Sequence record: NC_019503.1
Length of the DNA stretch: 64,000 nucleotides
From: Escherichia phage ime09
Strand: one strand, 5' to 3'
Position numbers and translations under genes: made by a program. Below the pieces are notes generated by a model. It made no database searches. It was given only the letters and a program-made list of their open reading frames with translations, and was not told the origin of the DNA. Shown one piece after another: positions 9,672 to 20,686 of the stretch (position 1 is the stretch's first letter; each line of letters opens with the position of its first letter).

Positions 9672-10421
9672 ATGGCAAACATTATTCGTTGTAAATTACC
9701 AGATGGTGTTCATCGTTTTAAACCATTTACGGTAGAAGATTATCGAGATTTTTTGTTAGTTCGAAACGATATAGAACATCGGTCACCACAAGAACAAAAA
9801 GAAATAATTGCTGATTTAATTGCCGATTATTTTGGAGACTATCCGAAGACTTGGCAACCATTTATATTTTTGCAGGTATTTGTAGGGTCAATAGGTAAAA
9901 CTAAAGTACCGGTCACATTTGTATGTCCAAAATGTAAAAAAGAAAAGACAGTTCCATTTGAAATATATCAAAAAGAATTAAAGGAGCCTGTTTTTGATGT
10001 AGCTAATGTTAAAATTAAATTAAAGTTTCCTTCTGAGTTTTATGAAAATAAAGCAAAGATGATTACTGAAAATATTCATTCCGTTCAAGTAGATGAAATA
10101 TGGTATGATTGGAAGGAAATTAGCGAATCAAGTCAAATAGAACTTGTTGATGCCATCGAGATAGAAACATTAGAAAAAATTCTCGATGCAATGAATCCTA
10201 TTAATTTAACATTGCATATGTCATGTTGTAATAAGTATGTAAAAAAATACACTGATATAGTAGATGTGTTTAAGCTATTAGTTAACCCAGATGAAATATT
10301 TACTTTTTATCAAATCAATCACACACTCGTAAAAAGTAATTATAGCTTAAATTCAATAATGAAAATGATTCCTGCTGAGCGCGGATTCGTATTAAAACTG
10401 ATTGAGAAGGATAAACAATAA
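9672..10421 (+). CDS. 51: Baseplate hub assembly protein gp51
   Basis: 249 aa; synteny. Confidence 0.85.
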   Translation: MANIIRCKLPDGVHRFKPFTVEDYRDFLLVRNDIEHRSPQEQKEIIADLIADYFGDYPKTWQPFIFLQVFVGSIGKTKVPVTFVCPKCKKEKTVPFEIYQKELKEPVFDVANVKIKLKFPSEFYENKAKMITENIHSVQVDEIWYDWKEISESSQIELVDAIEIETLEKILDAMNPINLTLHMSCCNKYVKKYTDIVDVFKLLVNPDEIFTFYQINHTLVKSNYSLNSIMKMIPAERGFVLKLIEKDKQ

Positions 10422-11596
10422 TGAGTATGTTGCAACGCCCAGGATATCCAAATCTCAGCGTTAAATTATTTGATAGCTACGACGCTTGGAGTAATAATAG
10501 ATTTGTTGAATTAGCTGCTACTATTACCACATTAACTATGCGGGATTCTCTTTATGGCCGAAATGAAGGAATGTTGCAGTTTTATGATTCTAAAAATATC
10601 CATACAAAAATGGATGGAAATGAAATAATTCAGATTTCTGTAGCTAACGCAAACGATATTAATAATGTTAAAACACGAATTTATGGATGTAAGCATTTTT
10701 CTGTATCTGTAGATTCAAAGGGTGATAACATCATTGCTATTGAATTGGGAACTATTCATTCCATAGAAAATCTTAAATTTGGCAGACCGTTTTTCTCTGA
10801 TGCAGGTGAATCTATAAAGGAAATGCTTGGTGTCATTTATCAGGATCGCACGTTATTAACTCCAGCAATAAATGCTATAAATGCTTATGTTCCTGATATT
10901 CCATGGACTAGCACATTTGAAAACTATTTGTCGTATGTTAGAGAAGTTGCTCTAGCTGTAGGAAGTGACAAATTTGTATTTGTGTGGCAAGACATCATGG
11001 GAGTTAACATGATGGACTATGATATGATGATAAATCAAGAACCGTATCCAATGATTGTCGGTGAGCCATCTTTAATAGGTCAATTCATCCAAGAATTAAA
11101 ATATCCATTAGCATATGATTTCGTTTGGTTGACTAAATCGAATCCTCACAAACGCGACCCAATGAAAAACGCTACTATCTATGCGCATTCATTTTTAGAT
11201 TCTTCATTGCCAATGATTACTACAGGAAAGGGCGAAAACTCTATTGTAGTGTCAAGGTCAGGTGCTTATTCTGAAATGACTTATAGGAATGGCTATGAAG
11301 AAGCTATTCGTCTTCAAACTATGGCACAATATGACGGCTATGCTAAATGTTCTACTGTCGGTAATTTTAACTTGACTCCTGGTGTTAAAATTATTTTTAA
11401 TGATAGTAAAAACCAATTTAAAACAGAATTTTACGTTGATGAAGTTATCCATGAATTATCCAATAATAATTCAGTAACTCATCTATATATGTTCACTAAT
11501 GCAACGAAACTGGAAACAATAGACCCAGTTAAGGTTAAAAATGAATTTAAATCTGATACTACCACTGAAGAAAGTAGTTCTTCCAATAAGCAATAA
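10421..11596 (+). CDS. 27: Baseplate hub protein gp27
   Basis: 391 aa as in T4. Confidence 0.9.
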   Translation: MSMLQRPGYPNLSVKLFDSYDAWSNNRFVELAATITTLTMRDSLYGRNEGMLQFYDSKNIHTKMDGNEIIQISVANANDINNVKTRIYGCKHFSVSVDSKGDNIIAIELGTIHSIENLKFGRPFFSDAGESIKEMLGVIYQDRTLLTPAINAINAYVPDIPWTSTFENYLSYVREVALAVGSDKFVFVWQDIMGVNMMDYDMMINQEPYPMIVGEPSLIGQFIQELKYPLAYDFVWLTKSNPHKRDPMKNATIYAHSFLDSSLPMITTGKGENSIVVSRSGAYSEMTYRNGYEEAIRLQTMAQYDGYAKCSTVGNFNLTPGVKIIFNDSKNQFKTEFYVDEVIHELSNNNSVTHLYMFTNATKLETIDPVKVKNEFKSDTTTEESSSSNKQ

Positions 11597-12074
11597 AGAA
11601 GTTTCTATTCCTAAAATGGGTCTTAAACATTATAACATTTTAAAAGATGTTAAAGGTCCTGATGAAAATTTAAAACTTCTTATTGATTCTATTTGTCCGA
11701 ATTTATCACCAGCAGAAGTTGATTTCGTTTCCATTCATTTATTGGAATTTAATGGAAAGATTAAATCTCGTAAAGAAATAGATGGTTATACTTATGACAT
11801 TAATGATGTTTATGTATGCCAAAGATTAGAATTTCAATACCAAGGAAATACATTTTATTTTAGACCTCCTGGAAAATTTGAACAATTTTTAACGGTGAGC
11901 GATATGTTATCCAAATGCTTGCTTAAGGTCAATGATGAAGTTAAAGAAATTAATTTTCTTGAGATGCCAGCATTCGTTTTAAAATGGGCAAATGATATTT
12001 TTACAACTTTAGCAATTCCTGGCCCTAATGGTCCAATAACCGGAATTGGCAATATTATTGGATTATTTGAATGA
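11541..12074 (+). CDS. 28: Baseplate hub protein gp28
   Basis: 177 aa; overlaps the 3' end of gene 27. Confidence 0.85.
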   Translation: MNLNLILPLKKVVLPISNKEVSIPKMGLKHYNILKDVKGPDENLKLLIDSICPNLSPAEVDFVSIHLLEFNGKIKSRKEIDGYTYDINDVYVCQRLEFQYQGNTFYFRPPGKFEQFLTVSDMLSKCLLKVNDEVKEINFLEMPAFVLKWANDIFTTLAIPGPNGPITGIGNIIGLFE

Positions 12075-13843
12075 AAAAGCCACAAGAAATGCAAACGATG
12101 CGTAGAAAAGTTATTTCAGATAATAAATCAACACAGGAAGCGGCTAAATCCGCTTCCAACACTTTATCTGGACTTAACGATATATCTACGAAATTGGATG
12201 ATGCTCAAGCTGCTTCTGAATTAATTGCTCAAACTGTCGAAGAAAAATCGAATGAAATAATTGGAGCAATTGACAATGTAGAAAGCGCAGTGAGTGATAC
12301 TACTGCTGGTTCTGAGTTAATTGCTGAAACTGTCGAAATTGGCAACAATATTAATAAAGAAATCGGTGAATCACTCGGAAGTAAATTAGATAAATTAACG
12401 AGTTTACTAGAGCAAAAAATTCAGACAGCCGGAATTCAACAAACAGGAACTAGTTTAGCTACGGTTGAAAGCGCTATTCCTGTTAAAGTTGTTGAGGACG
12501 ATACAGCTGAATCCGTGGGTCCTTTATTACCAGCTCCTGAAGCAGTTAATAATGATCCTGATGCTGATTTTTTCCCTACCCCTCAGCCAGTTGAACCTAA
12601 ACAAGAATCGCCAGAAGAAAAACAGAAAAAAGACGCATTTAACTTAAAATTATCTCAAGCTTTAGATAAATTAACAAAGACTGTTGATTTCGGATTTAAG
12701 AAATCTATTTCAATTACTGATAAAATATCGAGCATGTTATTTAAGTATACCGTCAGTGCTGCTATTGAAGCTGCTAAAATGACTGCAATGATATTGGCTG
12801 TTGTTGTTGGAATAGATCTGCTGATGGTTCACTTTAAATATTGGTCAGATAAATTTTCACAGGCATGGGATTTATTTAGTACAGACTTTACTAAATTCTC
12901 TAGCGAAACCGGAACATGGGGTCCTTTATTACAGAGCATCTTTAGTTCTATCGATGAAATTAAAAAATTCTGGGAAGCGGGAGATTGGGGTGGTTTGACA
13001 GTAGCTATTGTAGAAGGGCTTGGAAAGGTTCTTTATAATTTAGGAGAACTTATTCAGCTTGGAATGGCTAAATTATCTGCTGCAATTCTTCGAGTCATTC
13101 CTGGCATGAAGGATACTGCTGATGAAGTAGAAGGAAGAGCGCTGGAAAATTTCCAAAATTCTACTGGAGCATCTCTCAATAAAGAAGACCAGGAAAAAGT
13201 AGCAAATTATCAAGATAAACGAATGAATGACGATCTTGGTCCAATAGCAAAAGGATTAGATAAAATTGCTAATTGGAAAACCCGTGCATCTAACTGGATT
13301 CGTGGCGTTGATAATAAAGAAGCACTAACTACCGACGAAGAACGTGCAGCAGAAGAAGAAAAATTAAAGCAACTTTCACCAGAAGAAAGAAAAAATGCTT
13401 TAATGAAGGCTAATGAAGCTCGGGCCGCGATGATTCGTTTTGAAAAATATGCTGATTCAGCTGATATGAGTAAAGACTCAACGGTTAAATCAGTTGAAGC
13501 TGCCTATGAAGACCTTAAAAAACGAATGGATGACCCGGATTTAAATAATTCACCGGCAGTTAAAAAAGAACTTGCTGCTAGATTTTCTAAAATTGATGCT
13601 ACTTATCAAGAGCTCAAGAAAAATCAGCCTAATGCCAAACCTGAAACTTCTGCTAAATCGCCAGAAGCAAAACAAGTCCAGGTAATAGAAAAGAACAAAG
13701 CACAGCAAGCTCCTGTTCAACAAGCATCTCCTTCGATCAATAATACTAATAATGTTATTAAGAAAAATACTGTCGTTCATAATATGACACCTGTAACGAG
13801 CACGACTGCTCCTGGTGTATTTGATGCGACTGGAGTTAATTAA
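12071..13843 (+). CDS. 29: Baseplate hub / tail length determinator gp29
   Basis: 590 aa as in T4. Confidence 0.9.
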   Translation: MKKPQEMQTMRRKVISDNKSTQEAAKSASNTLSGLNDISTKLDDAQAASELIAQTVEEKSNEIIGAIDNVESAVSDTTAGSELIAETVEIGNNINKEIGESLGSKLDKLTSLLEQKIQTAGIQQTGTSLATVESAIPVKVVEDDTAESVGPLLPAPEAVNNDPDADFFPTPQPVEPKQESPEEKQKKDAFNLKLSQALDKLTKTVDFGFKKSISITDKISSMLFKYTVSAAIEAAKMTAMILAVVVGIDLLMVHFKYWSDKFSQAWDLFSTDFTKFSSETGTWGPLLQSIFSSIDEIKKFWEAGDWGGLTVAIVEGLGKVLYNLGELIQLGMAKLSAAILRVIPGMKDTADEVEGRALENFQNSTGASLNKEDQEKVANYQDKRMNDDLGPIAKGLDKIANWKTRASNWIRGVDNKEALTTDEERAAEEEKLKQLSPEERKNALMKANEARAAMIRFEKYADSADMSKDSTVKSVEAAYEDLKKRMDDPDLNNSPAVKKELAARFSKIDATYQELKKNQPNAKPETSAKSPEAKQVQVIEKNKAQQAPVQQASPSINNTNNVIKKNTVVHNMTPVTSTTAPGVFDATGVN

Positions 13844-13851
13844 GGAATAAT

Positions 13852-14946
13852 ATGGCAATTGTTAAAGAAATAACTGCTGATTTAATTAAAAAGTCCGGTG
13901 AGAAAATTTCAGCCGGACAGAGTACTAAATCAGAAGTAGCAACTAAAACATACACTGCCCAGTTTCCAACTGGGCGTGCTAGTGGTAATGACACTACAGG
14001 GGACTTCCAGGTAACAGATCTATATAAGAATGGATTATTATTTACTGCATACAATATGTCATCTAGGGATTCTGGAAGTCTTAGATCGATGAGATCTAAC
14101 TACTCTTCTTCATCTTCGAGTATTTTAAGTACAGCTAGAAACACTATTAGTAGTACAGTATCAAAACTATCAAATGGATTAATATCAAACAATAATTCAG
14201 GAACAATAAGTAAAGCTCCTGTCGCAAACATTCTTTTACCGAGATCTAAATCTGACGTTGATACGTCATCACATAGATTTAATGATGTTCAAGAAAGTCT
14301 TATCAGCAGAGGCGGAGGTACTGCTACTGGTGTGTTAAGTAATATTGCTTCAACTGCAGTATTTGGGGCACTGGAAAGTATAACACAGGGTATAATGGCT
14401 GATAATAATGAACAGATTTATACTACAGCCAGAAGTATGTATGGTGGAGCTGAGAATAGAACTAAAGTGTTTACATGGGATTTGACTCCACGTTCAACAG
14501 AAGATTTAATGGCTATTATCAATATCTATCAATATTTTAACTATTTTTCTTATGGTGAAACGGGTAAATCTCAATATGCTGCTGAAATAAAGGGGTATTT
14601 AGATGATTGGTATCGTTCTACGTTAATTGAACCTTTATCTCCGGAAGACGCAGCTAAAAATAAAACACTATTTGAGAAAATGACATCGAGCTTAACTAAC
14701 GTTCTAGTAGTTTCAAACCCGACAATTTGGATGGTGAAAAACTTTGGTGCAACATCTAAGTTTGATGGAAAAACGGAAATATTTGGCCCATGCCAAATAC
14801 AGAGCATCAGATTTGATAAAACACCTAATGGTAACTTTAACGGATTAGCTATTGCTCCAAACCTCCCTAGTACATTTACTCTTGAGATTACTATGAGAGA
14901 AATTATCACGTTAAACCGTGCTTCTTTATATGCGGGGACTTTTTAA
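13852..14946 (+). CDS. 48: Baseplate tail-tube junction protein gp48
   Basis: 364 aa as in T4. Confidence 0.9.
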   Translation: MAIVKEITADLIKKSGEKISAGQSTKSEVATKTYTAQFPTGRASGNDTTGDFQVTDLYKNGLLFTAYNMSSRDSGSLRSMRSNYSSSSSSILSTARNTISSTVSKLSNGLISNNNSGTISKAPVANILLPRSKSDVDTSSHRFNDVQESLISRGGGTATGVLSNIASTAVFGALESITQGIMADNNEQIYTTARSMYGGAENRTKVFTWDLTPRSTEDLMAIINIYQYFNYFSYGETGKSQYAAEIKGYLDDWYRSTLIEPLSPEDAAKNKTLFEKMTSSLTNVLVVSNPTIWMVKNFGATSKFDGKTEIFGPCQIQSIRFDKTPNGNFNGLAIAPNLPSTFTLEITMREIITLNRASLYAGTF

Positions 14947-15911
14947 TGTATTCTTTAGAGGAATTTAATAATCAAGCAATAAACGCAGATTTCCAACGTA
15001 ATAATATGTTTAGCTGCGTTTTTGCGACAACTCCATCAACTAAAAGCTCTTCGTTGATAAGTTCAATTAGCAACTTTTCTTATAATAACTTGGGTCTAAA
15101 TTCAGATTGGTTAGGATTGACTCAAGGCGATATTAATCAGGGAATTACCACGCTAATTACCGCTGGCACACAAAAACTGATAAGAAAATCAGGGGTTAGT
15201 AAATATCTTATTGGTGCCATGAGTCAACGTACAGTTCAAAGTTTATTGGGCTCATTTACAGTTGGTACATATTTAATTGACTTCTTTAACATGGCATATA
15301 ACTCATCTGGGTTGATGATATATTCTGTAAAAATGCCAGAGAATAGATTATCCTATGAAACTGACTGGAACTATAACTCTCCTAATATTCGTATAACTGG
15401 GAGAGAATTAGACCCTTTGGTTATTTCATTTAGAATGGATTCAGAAGCTTGTAACTATCGTGCAATGCAAGACTGGGTTAACGCTGTTCAAGACCCAGTA
15501 ACTGGACTGCGTGCTTTGCCGCAAGATGTCGAGGCAGATATTCAGGTTAATCTTCATGCTCGTAATGGATTACCTCATACTGCAGTGATGTTCACCGGAT
15601 GCATTCCAGTGTCAGTGAGCGCTCCTGAGTTATCATATGATGGAGATAACCAAATAACTACATTTGATGTTACTTTTGCGTATAGAGTCATGCAGGCTGG
15701 GTCGGTTGATAGACAAGCTGCGCTTGAGTGGCTTGAATCTGCTGCTATAAACGGTATTCAAAGCGTTCTCGGAAATAGTGGAGGTGTTACTGGATTATCT
15801 AATTCGCTTTCACGACTTAGTAGATTAGGAGGAACTGCTGGAAGCATTTCAAACATTAATACTATGACGGGAATTGTCAATTCGCAAAGTAAAATATTAG
15901 GAGCAATATAA
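14946..15911 (+). CDS. 54: Baseplate tail-tube initiator gp54
   Basis: 321 aa; synteny. Confidence 0.9.
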   Translation: MYSLEEFNNQAINADFQRNNMFSCVFATTPSTKSSSLISSISNFSYNNLGLNSDWLGLTQGDINQGITTLITAGTQKLIRKSGVSKYLIGAMSQRTVQSLLGSFTVGTYLIDFFNMAYNSSGLMIYSVKMPENRLSYETDWNYNSPNIRITGRELDPLVISFRMDSEACNYRAMQDWVNAVQDPVTGLRALPQDVEADIQVNLHARNGLPHTAVMFTGCIPVSVSAPELSYDGDNQITTFDVTFAYRVMQAGSVDRQAALEWLESAAINGIQSVLGNSGGVTGLSNSLSRLSRLGGTAGSISNINTMTGIVNSQSKILGAI

Positions 15912-15914
15912 CAA

Positions 15915-15946
15915 TGGGGACCGAAAGGTCCCCATATTTTTATTTA
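15915..15946 (+). terminator. Intrinsic terminator after gene 54
   Basis: ggggacc-gaaa-ggtcccc followed by atatttttattt. Confidence 0.7.
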
Positions 15947-16230
15947 CGGAATGAAATAAAAGCAGCAACTGAAGCAACTAGACTGTCTTCAATATAAACT
16001 TCAATTTTTACCGGAGCTTCTGACTCAAATTTACCTGTTACTACACCCTGGAAAATGCTTTCAGTCTGTTCTGGCTTTAAAAAATTTTCAGAAGGAAAAA
16101 TTCCGAACTTTTTATCTGTTCCAAAAATTTTGATAAATTCATCATAAACTGCTTCATTAAAAGCGTTATCAGCAGGAATAACGCCTTCAACTACAAGTTC
16201 TTGACCTAAAAAGCGTAAAGAAGATTTCAT
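15940..16230 (-). CDS. Hypothetical protein (alt.-3 position)
   Basis: 96-aa ORF with an AGGA RBS 7 nt upstream of the ATG. Confidence 0.6.
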   Translation of the reverse strand: MKSSLRFLGQELVVEGVIPADNAFNEAVYDEFIKIFGTDKKFGIFPSENFLKPEQTESIFQGVVTGKFESEAPVKIEVYIEDSLVASVAAFISFRK

Positions 16231-16237
16231 TTTGTGT

Positions 16238-16291
16238 TCCTCATGTTATGTCAGTAAAACTATTGTAACACAACACGAGGGACTTGTAAAC
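16238..16291 (-). promoter_or_regulatory. Early-promoter/leader element copy A (GTTTAC -35, TACAAT -10) with a 13-bp hairpin overlapping the alt.-3 Shine-Dalgarno
   Basis: Matches 31848-31901 at 52 of 54 positions; arms 16239-16251 and 16268-16280 pair in the minus-sense RNA with 11 Watson-Crick plus 2 G-U pairs. Confidence 0.55.
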
Positions 16292-18348
16292 TACATCTTG
16301 AACTTTTTAGACATTCCGTTGATGTTAACCAAAGAAGCCAAGATTTGAGAAACTTCGTTTTCCTCTTCTTTTGATTCTTCTACAAGGAATTGATTAAACC
16401 CAGCCATTGGACGAACTTCACCAGTTTCCATTAGATGATCGCCATCATATACCGATTCTTCTAATTGTTCAGAAGGAGGAACGATTGTGCCTTCGATTAG
16501 ATACTTGTTATAAGCAGTTTCTTTCATCATGTACGTGCTTACTTTATTAATCTTCAACAAAATTCCACGCGGTAGAATAACTTCAGCTTCTGATGGAAAT
16601 CCTGATAAATGACCTGGAACGATAACTTTGATTCGCTCAGCCCCTTTAATTACCATACCTACGCTAGTTTCAGCATCTTCATTAGCATATGCAGAATGAC
16701 TACCCATATGCATTAAATCTTCAGCATCAACAGAACCTTCTCCTTCACCAGAAAATACTGCACCGGAATCATCTAGAGCCATATAGTTTTTACCATGCTC
16801 ACCGAAGATATTTGGTTTAAGCGATGTTGATACGAAGTTCTTGAAATAGAACATTTTATTTTCAATATTATGGCGTAAAGTTTTAAAAGTAACTTCTTGT
16901 CCACGATAAAGCGTAGTTCCTGGAGGAAGAACTGATCCTTTTGCGAATGCAGAATCCAGCGTCTCGATGTGTTTAATAGCTCGTTCCATGTATTCTTCAC
17001 GGGTAGAATCTGGTTTACCCAAGAGGAACGAGTTCATTTCAACATATGAATCTGCACAATAATCTTCAATTACATCAGACTCAGCCTGAGTCAGTCCTTT
17101 TGGAGTTACTTCGGTGCTTGCGTATTCATATGCCTGAGCAGCAGATTCATTAATCAATTTATAAATGCCATTCATGACAAATTGAATAATAGCTACTTTT
17201 TCGTCTGGCGTGGCTTTAGAACCTTTAACTAAATCATTGATAATTTTCTTAATAACATCAAAGCTATTAGAAATATTAATGTCAGCGAGATCGCTCAAAA
17301 TTTTATCGGTTTTATAATCAAAAAATTCTTTATTCTTTAAATATTCTTGAGAACCTTGATGTGTTATATCGCTCTGCAGTCTGATAGACGGATCACGTAA
17401 ACGTGCATGGGCCAATGCAATATGATTTCGGAAGCTTTCTAGTTCATAATCGTTAGATTTAAAACGAGAAGCACTTCTCATACCACCGATAGCTCCTTTG
17501 CCGAAGTTTGAACCAATCTGAATAACGCCAGAGTTCATTGGTCCTTCTGCTTTATATACCGGAACTTTAGATTCAAACTCTTGATATTTCTTGGCAGCGA
17601 AGCTATCACCCTGAAGTGAAGCATCGACAGTAGAATATTGAGCTTGTGCTGCTAATCGACGACTAATTTTAGTTTTCTGAATAACAGCTTGATCCGTGCG
17701 CTTATCATTTTCTAAGGCAATAGAAGCAGCAACAGCAACAGCTTTAGGAACAGCATTACCTGTTTTAACATCTACATAAACATCACCAACCTTTGATTCA
17801 ACTTTTGTGAATAACTCAGTTGAAATAGGAGGTACACCTGGAATGTCTTCTAAATTGGCATTTTTACGGTAAACCATAATATATGCATACTTTTTATCAT
17901 AATCCCAGATTTCCTTTAAAAGAACATATCGACCTGCTCCTTTAGTACGTACTAAACGGTCAGCAATAACTTGCATTTGACGAGCAGCGCCATTTGTTTT
18001 ACTTTTTAGTACGCGGAATAGGCATGCGTCAATTTTATACTGTTTCATTGTTTGAAGAGCAGTATCAAAAACCGCATTAATGACACCAATTGGATTTCCA
18101 CCCAAGTTTTTAAGTTTAACGAGCGATAGTTTCTCATTGACACCTATCATTACGATATGCATCATTTTATCGCCTGGCTTAACGTTTTTATTTGTATCAC
18201 CGCCAGAGGTGTATGTACAAAATCTAAATCCAGGAAGCACACTTTCTTCGCCGGCTTGAATAGCAAAAATTTGAGGTATTTTATGCTTAGGATTTAAGTT
18301 AACAACCGGCGCCGAAGCGCCGTCAAATAATTCTGTAATAAGTTCCAT
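16291..18348 (-). CDS. Alt-like ADP-ribosyltransferase, paralog 1 (685 aa)
   Basis: C-terminal R / STS / ExE motifs (LYRGQ, FVSTSL, EAEVILPRG); N-terminus MELITELFD shared with the adjacent paralog. Confidence 0.8.
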   Translation of the reverse strand: MELITELFDGASAPVVNLNPKHKIPQIFAIQAGEESVLPGFRFCTYTSGGDTNKNVKPGDKMMHIVMIGVNEKLSLVKLKNLGGNPIGVINAVFDTALQTMKQYKIDACLFRVLKSKTNGAARQMQVIADRLVRTKGAGRYVLLKEIWDYDKKYAYIMVYRKNANLEDIPGVPPISTELFTKVESKVGDVYVDVKTGNAVPKAVAVAASIALENDKRTDQAVIQKTKISRRLAAQAQYSTVDASLQGDSFAAKKYQEFESKVPVYKAEGPMNSGVIQIGSNFGKGAIGGMRSASRFKSNDYELESFRNHIALAHARLRDPSIRLQSDITHQGSQEYLKNKEFFDYKTDKILSDLADINISNSFDVIKKIINDLVKGSKATPDEKVAIIQFVMNGIYKLINESAAQAYEYASTEVTPKGLTQAESDVIEDYCADSYVEMNSFLLGKPDSTREEYMERAIKHIETLDSAFAKGSVLPPGTTLYRGQEVTFKTLRHNIENKMFYFKNFVSTSLKPNIFGEHGKNYMALDDSGAVFSGEGEGSVDAEDLMHMGSHSAYANEDAETSVGMVIKGAERIKVIVPGHLSGFPSEAEVILPRGILLKINKVSTYMMKETAYNKYLIEGTIVPPSEQLEESVYDGDHLMETGEVRPMAGFNQFLVEESKEEENEVSQILASLVNINGMSKKFKM

Positions 18349-18351
18349 GAT

Positions 18352-20448
18352 TTATCCTTGAACGAACTTGTAAGGCATGTTTGTAATATCTATGCAAGAC
18401 GCAATAATTCCAAGAGATGATTCTACTTTTTGTTTAACATTTGATGAAACAAATGATGCAAAGTCAACTCTGTCTTCTATTTCAATATCACCTGTCATTG
18501 CAACTACTTCACCAGTTTCCATTAGACGGTCACCGTCATAAATTACTGATTCGGTGAGTTCTTCCGTAGTCATAACTTCAGCTTGAATGAGTTTTGTATT
18601 ATTAGATGTTGTTCCGTCGTTATTAGAAGCATCAGTTATTTTATTGACTTTGACCATCAATCCGCGTGGTAGAATAACTTCAGCTTCTGTTGCTATTCCG
18701 AGACTTCCTGGATATACAACATTAACTTTATGAGCTCCATCAATTGCCCATCCTATTTGAACTTTAACGTATTCAGGATTTTCTTTATACGCTCTTATTT
18801 CATTTGGATTAATAGTTATTCCTTCTTCATTTTTATCAACTGTCAATTCATTACGAGCTTCTGGTTCTAAAAGACCAATACCAGCATGTGTAATTCCAAA
18901 ACGTCCAAAAATGATAGGAGTTAAAGAAGTAGATACAAAATTTCTGAAATAGAACACTTTATTTTTAACTAGTGCTTCGTATATAGGAGCAGTCATGCTT
19001 TGAGCACGATAAACTGTAATGCCTTCTGGTATACGGTCACCGTTTTCAAAAGCTGAATCTAAGTTATTTATAGCAGATTCAATTTCTTTTTCACTCATTA
19101 CATCATATCGTTCTGGATTGTAACGACCCAAAAGAAGATTATTGATGTCAGTATATCCTGAACCACAATACTCTCTAATGCCGCGCTTTTGTGATGGAGT
19201 ATATTTAGAACCATCACGGGCAATAGTAATATCAATCATTGGACCTGCACCAATTCCAGAAAAGCTATAAATCATTCGTTTGAGGAATTTAGTTTTTGCT
19301 GCGTTCCAGGAATTTTTAGTTATTTCTTCCCAGACTTCATCTGGCTGTCCTTTACGGGTTTTATTATGTTTATCAAGCCAATTATCTTTATATTCTTCAA
19401 AGAATTGATTAACGGCTGCTGCGTATTTCTCCAAACATTTTATTGAAGTAGTTGGTTCATTTTTAATCGCATTAAGAATTACATCTTTAATTTTTTCAGA
19501 AACTTCATTAACCTCACTTTTTGAAAAGAATTTATAATCATAGTGAAGTTCATCTGCAGTTCCTTCGGCAATGATTTTTGCTGCCTTAGTTTTAGAAGCT
19601 AATGAATTAATTCCAAGCTTCATTTCTTCTGCTTCGGGAATTAAAGGAGCTGTAGCAGGTTTATTGAAATTAGCTGCGGTAGATTCATACTTTTGGAATA
19701 ATTCACTTTCAAATCTAGAAGATTCCAATGACTGACTTTGTGCAATTGCTCTGCGGGAAATTTTAACTTTAACGATTACAGCTTGGTCAGAACGTTTATC
19801 GTTTTCTTGTGCAATAGATGCTGCAATTGCCTCATTTTTAGTTACTTGAGCTCCAGTATCTTTATTGATATAAACATCACCGACCTTCGATTCAACTTTA
19901 GTAAAGAGCTCGGTACTGATTTCCGGAACTCCTGGAATGTCTTCTAATGATACATTTTTGCGATGTATAAGAATATATGCATACTTTTTATCGTAATCCC
20001 AGAGTTCCTTAAGAAGGACGTATCTGCCGCCTGAACGGCTGCGGATAAGTCTATCAGCAATAACTTGAATTTGTCGAGCTTGACCAGCAGTTTTAGACTT
20101 AAGAATACGAAGCATACAGGCATCAATTTTATACTGACGCATTGTTTGCATTGCAACAGTAAAAACTGAATTGATGTAATTAATTGGGCTTGGACCGAGA
20201 CCTTTCAATTTAGCAATTGAACCTTTAGCAGTTAATGTAAAAGGAACAATATGCATCATTTTATCACCCATCTTTAAATCGCGATTAGTATCACCTCCAG
20301 ATGTATAGGTACATAAACGAAAGCCTGGTTGTTCAATTGCGTCATCAACATGAACTGAAAAAATTTGCGGTATTTTCTTCTTTGGATTTAAGTTTGTAAT
20401 CGGAAGAGTAGTATCTTCGTCAAATAATTCTGTAATGAGTTCCATCAT
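18352..20448 (-). CDS. alt: Alt ADP-ribosyltransferase, paralog 2 (698 aa)
   Basis: Motifs VYRAQ, FVSTSL, EAEVILPRG; position next to DNA ligase; candidate minus-strand late promoter 20469-20476. Confidence 0.8.
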   Translation of the reverse strand: MMELITELFDEDTTLPITNLNPKKKIPQIFSVHVDDAIEQPGFRLCTYTSGGDTNRDLKMGDKMMHIVPFTLTAKGSIAKLKGLGPSPINYINSVFTVAMQTMRQYKIDACMLRILKSKTAGQARQIQVIADRLIRSRSGGRYVLLKELWDYDKKYAYILIHRKNVSLEDIPGVPEISTELFTKVESKVGDVYINKDTGAQVTKNEAIAASIAQENDKRSDQAVIVKVKISRRAIAQSQSLESSRFESELFQKYESTAANFNKPATAPLIPEAEEMKLGINSLASKTKAAKIIAEGTADELHYDYKFFSKSEVNEVSEKIKDVILNAIKNEPTTSIKCLEKYAAAVNQFFEEYKDNWLDKHNKTRKGQPDEVWEEITKNSWNAAKTKFLKRMIYSFSGIGAGPMIDITIARDGSKYTPSQKRGIREYCGSGYTDINNLLLGRYNPERYDVMSEKEIESAINNLDSAFENGDRIPEGITVYRAQSMTAPIYEALVKNKVFYFRNFVSTSLTPIIFGRFGITHAGIGLLEPEARNELTVDKNEEGITINPNEIRAYKENPEYVKVQIGWAIDGAHKVNVVYPGSLGIATEAEVILPRGLMVKVNKITDASNNDGTTSNNTKLIQAEVMTTEELTESVIYDGDRLMETGEVVAMTGDIEIEDRVDFASFVSSNVKQKVESSLGIIASCIDITNMPYKFVQG

Positions 20449-20468
20449 ATCCTCTCTAGTGTTTATTC

Positions 20469-20476
20469 TATTTATA
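20469..20476 (-). promoter_or_regulatory. Late promoter TATAAATA (minus strand) upstream of alt
   Basis: The plus-strand tatttata is TATAAATA on the minus strand, about 20 nt upstream of a GAGGA RBS and the alt ATG at 20448. Confidence 0.5.
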
Positions 20477-20497
20477 AAATTAAAGGCCCGAAGGCCT

Positions 20498-20686
20498 TTA
20501 ATAATCTATTGGTAAGAGAGTACGGTATATTTCAAACTTTGGACCTTTTTCGTAGGCATCAAATGTTTCTGTGAATTTATTATAAGCATACGCATCTATA
20601 AATTCAATCATAATTTGTGATACAGAAGTAGAAACATCTCCACCTTCTTTTTGAGCCACGACAATTGTTTCTAAATAAGCTTTCAT
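20498..20686 (-). CDS. Hypothetical small protein
   Basis: 62-aa ORF overlapping the stop of gene 30. Confidence 0.45.
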   Translation of the reverse strand: MKAYLETIVVAQKEGGDVSTSVSQIMIEFIDAYAYNKFTETFDAYEKGPKFEIYRTLLPIDY

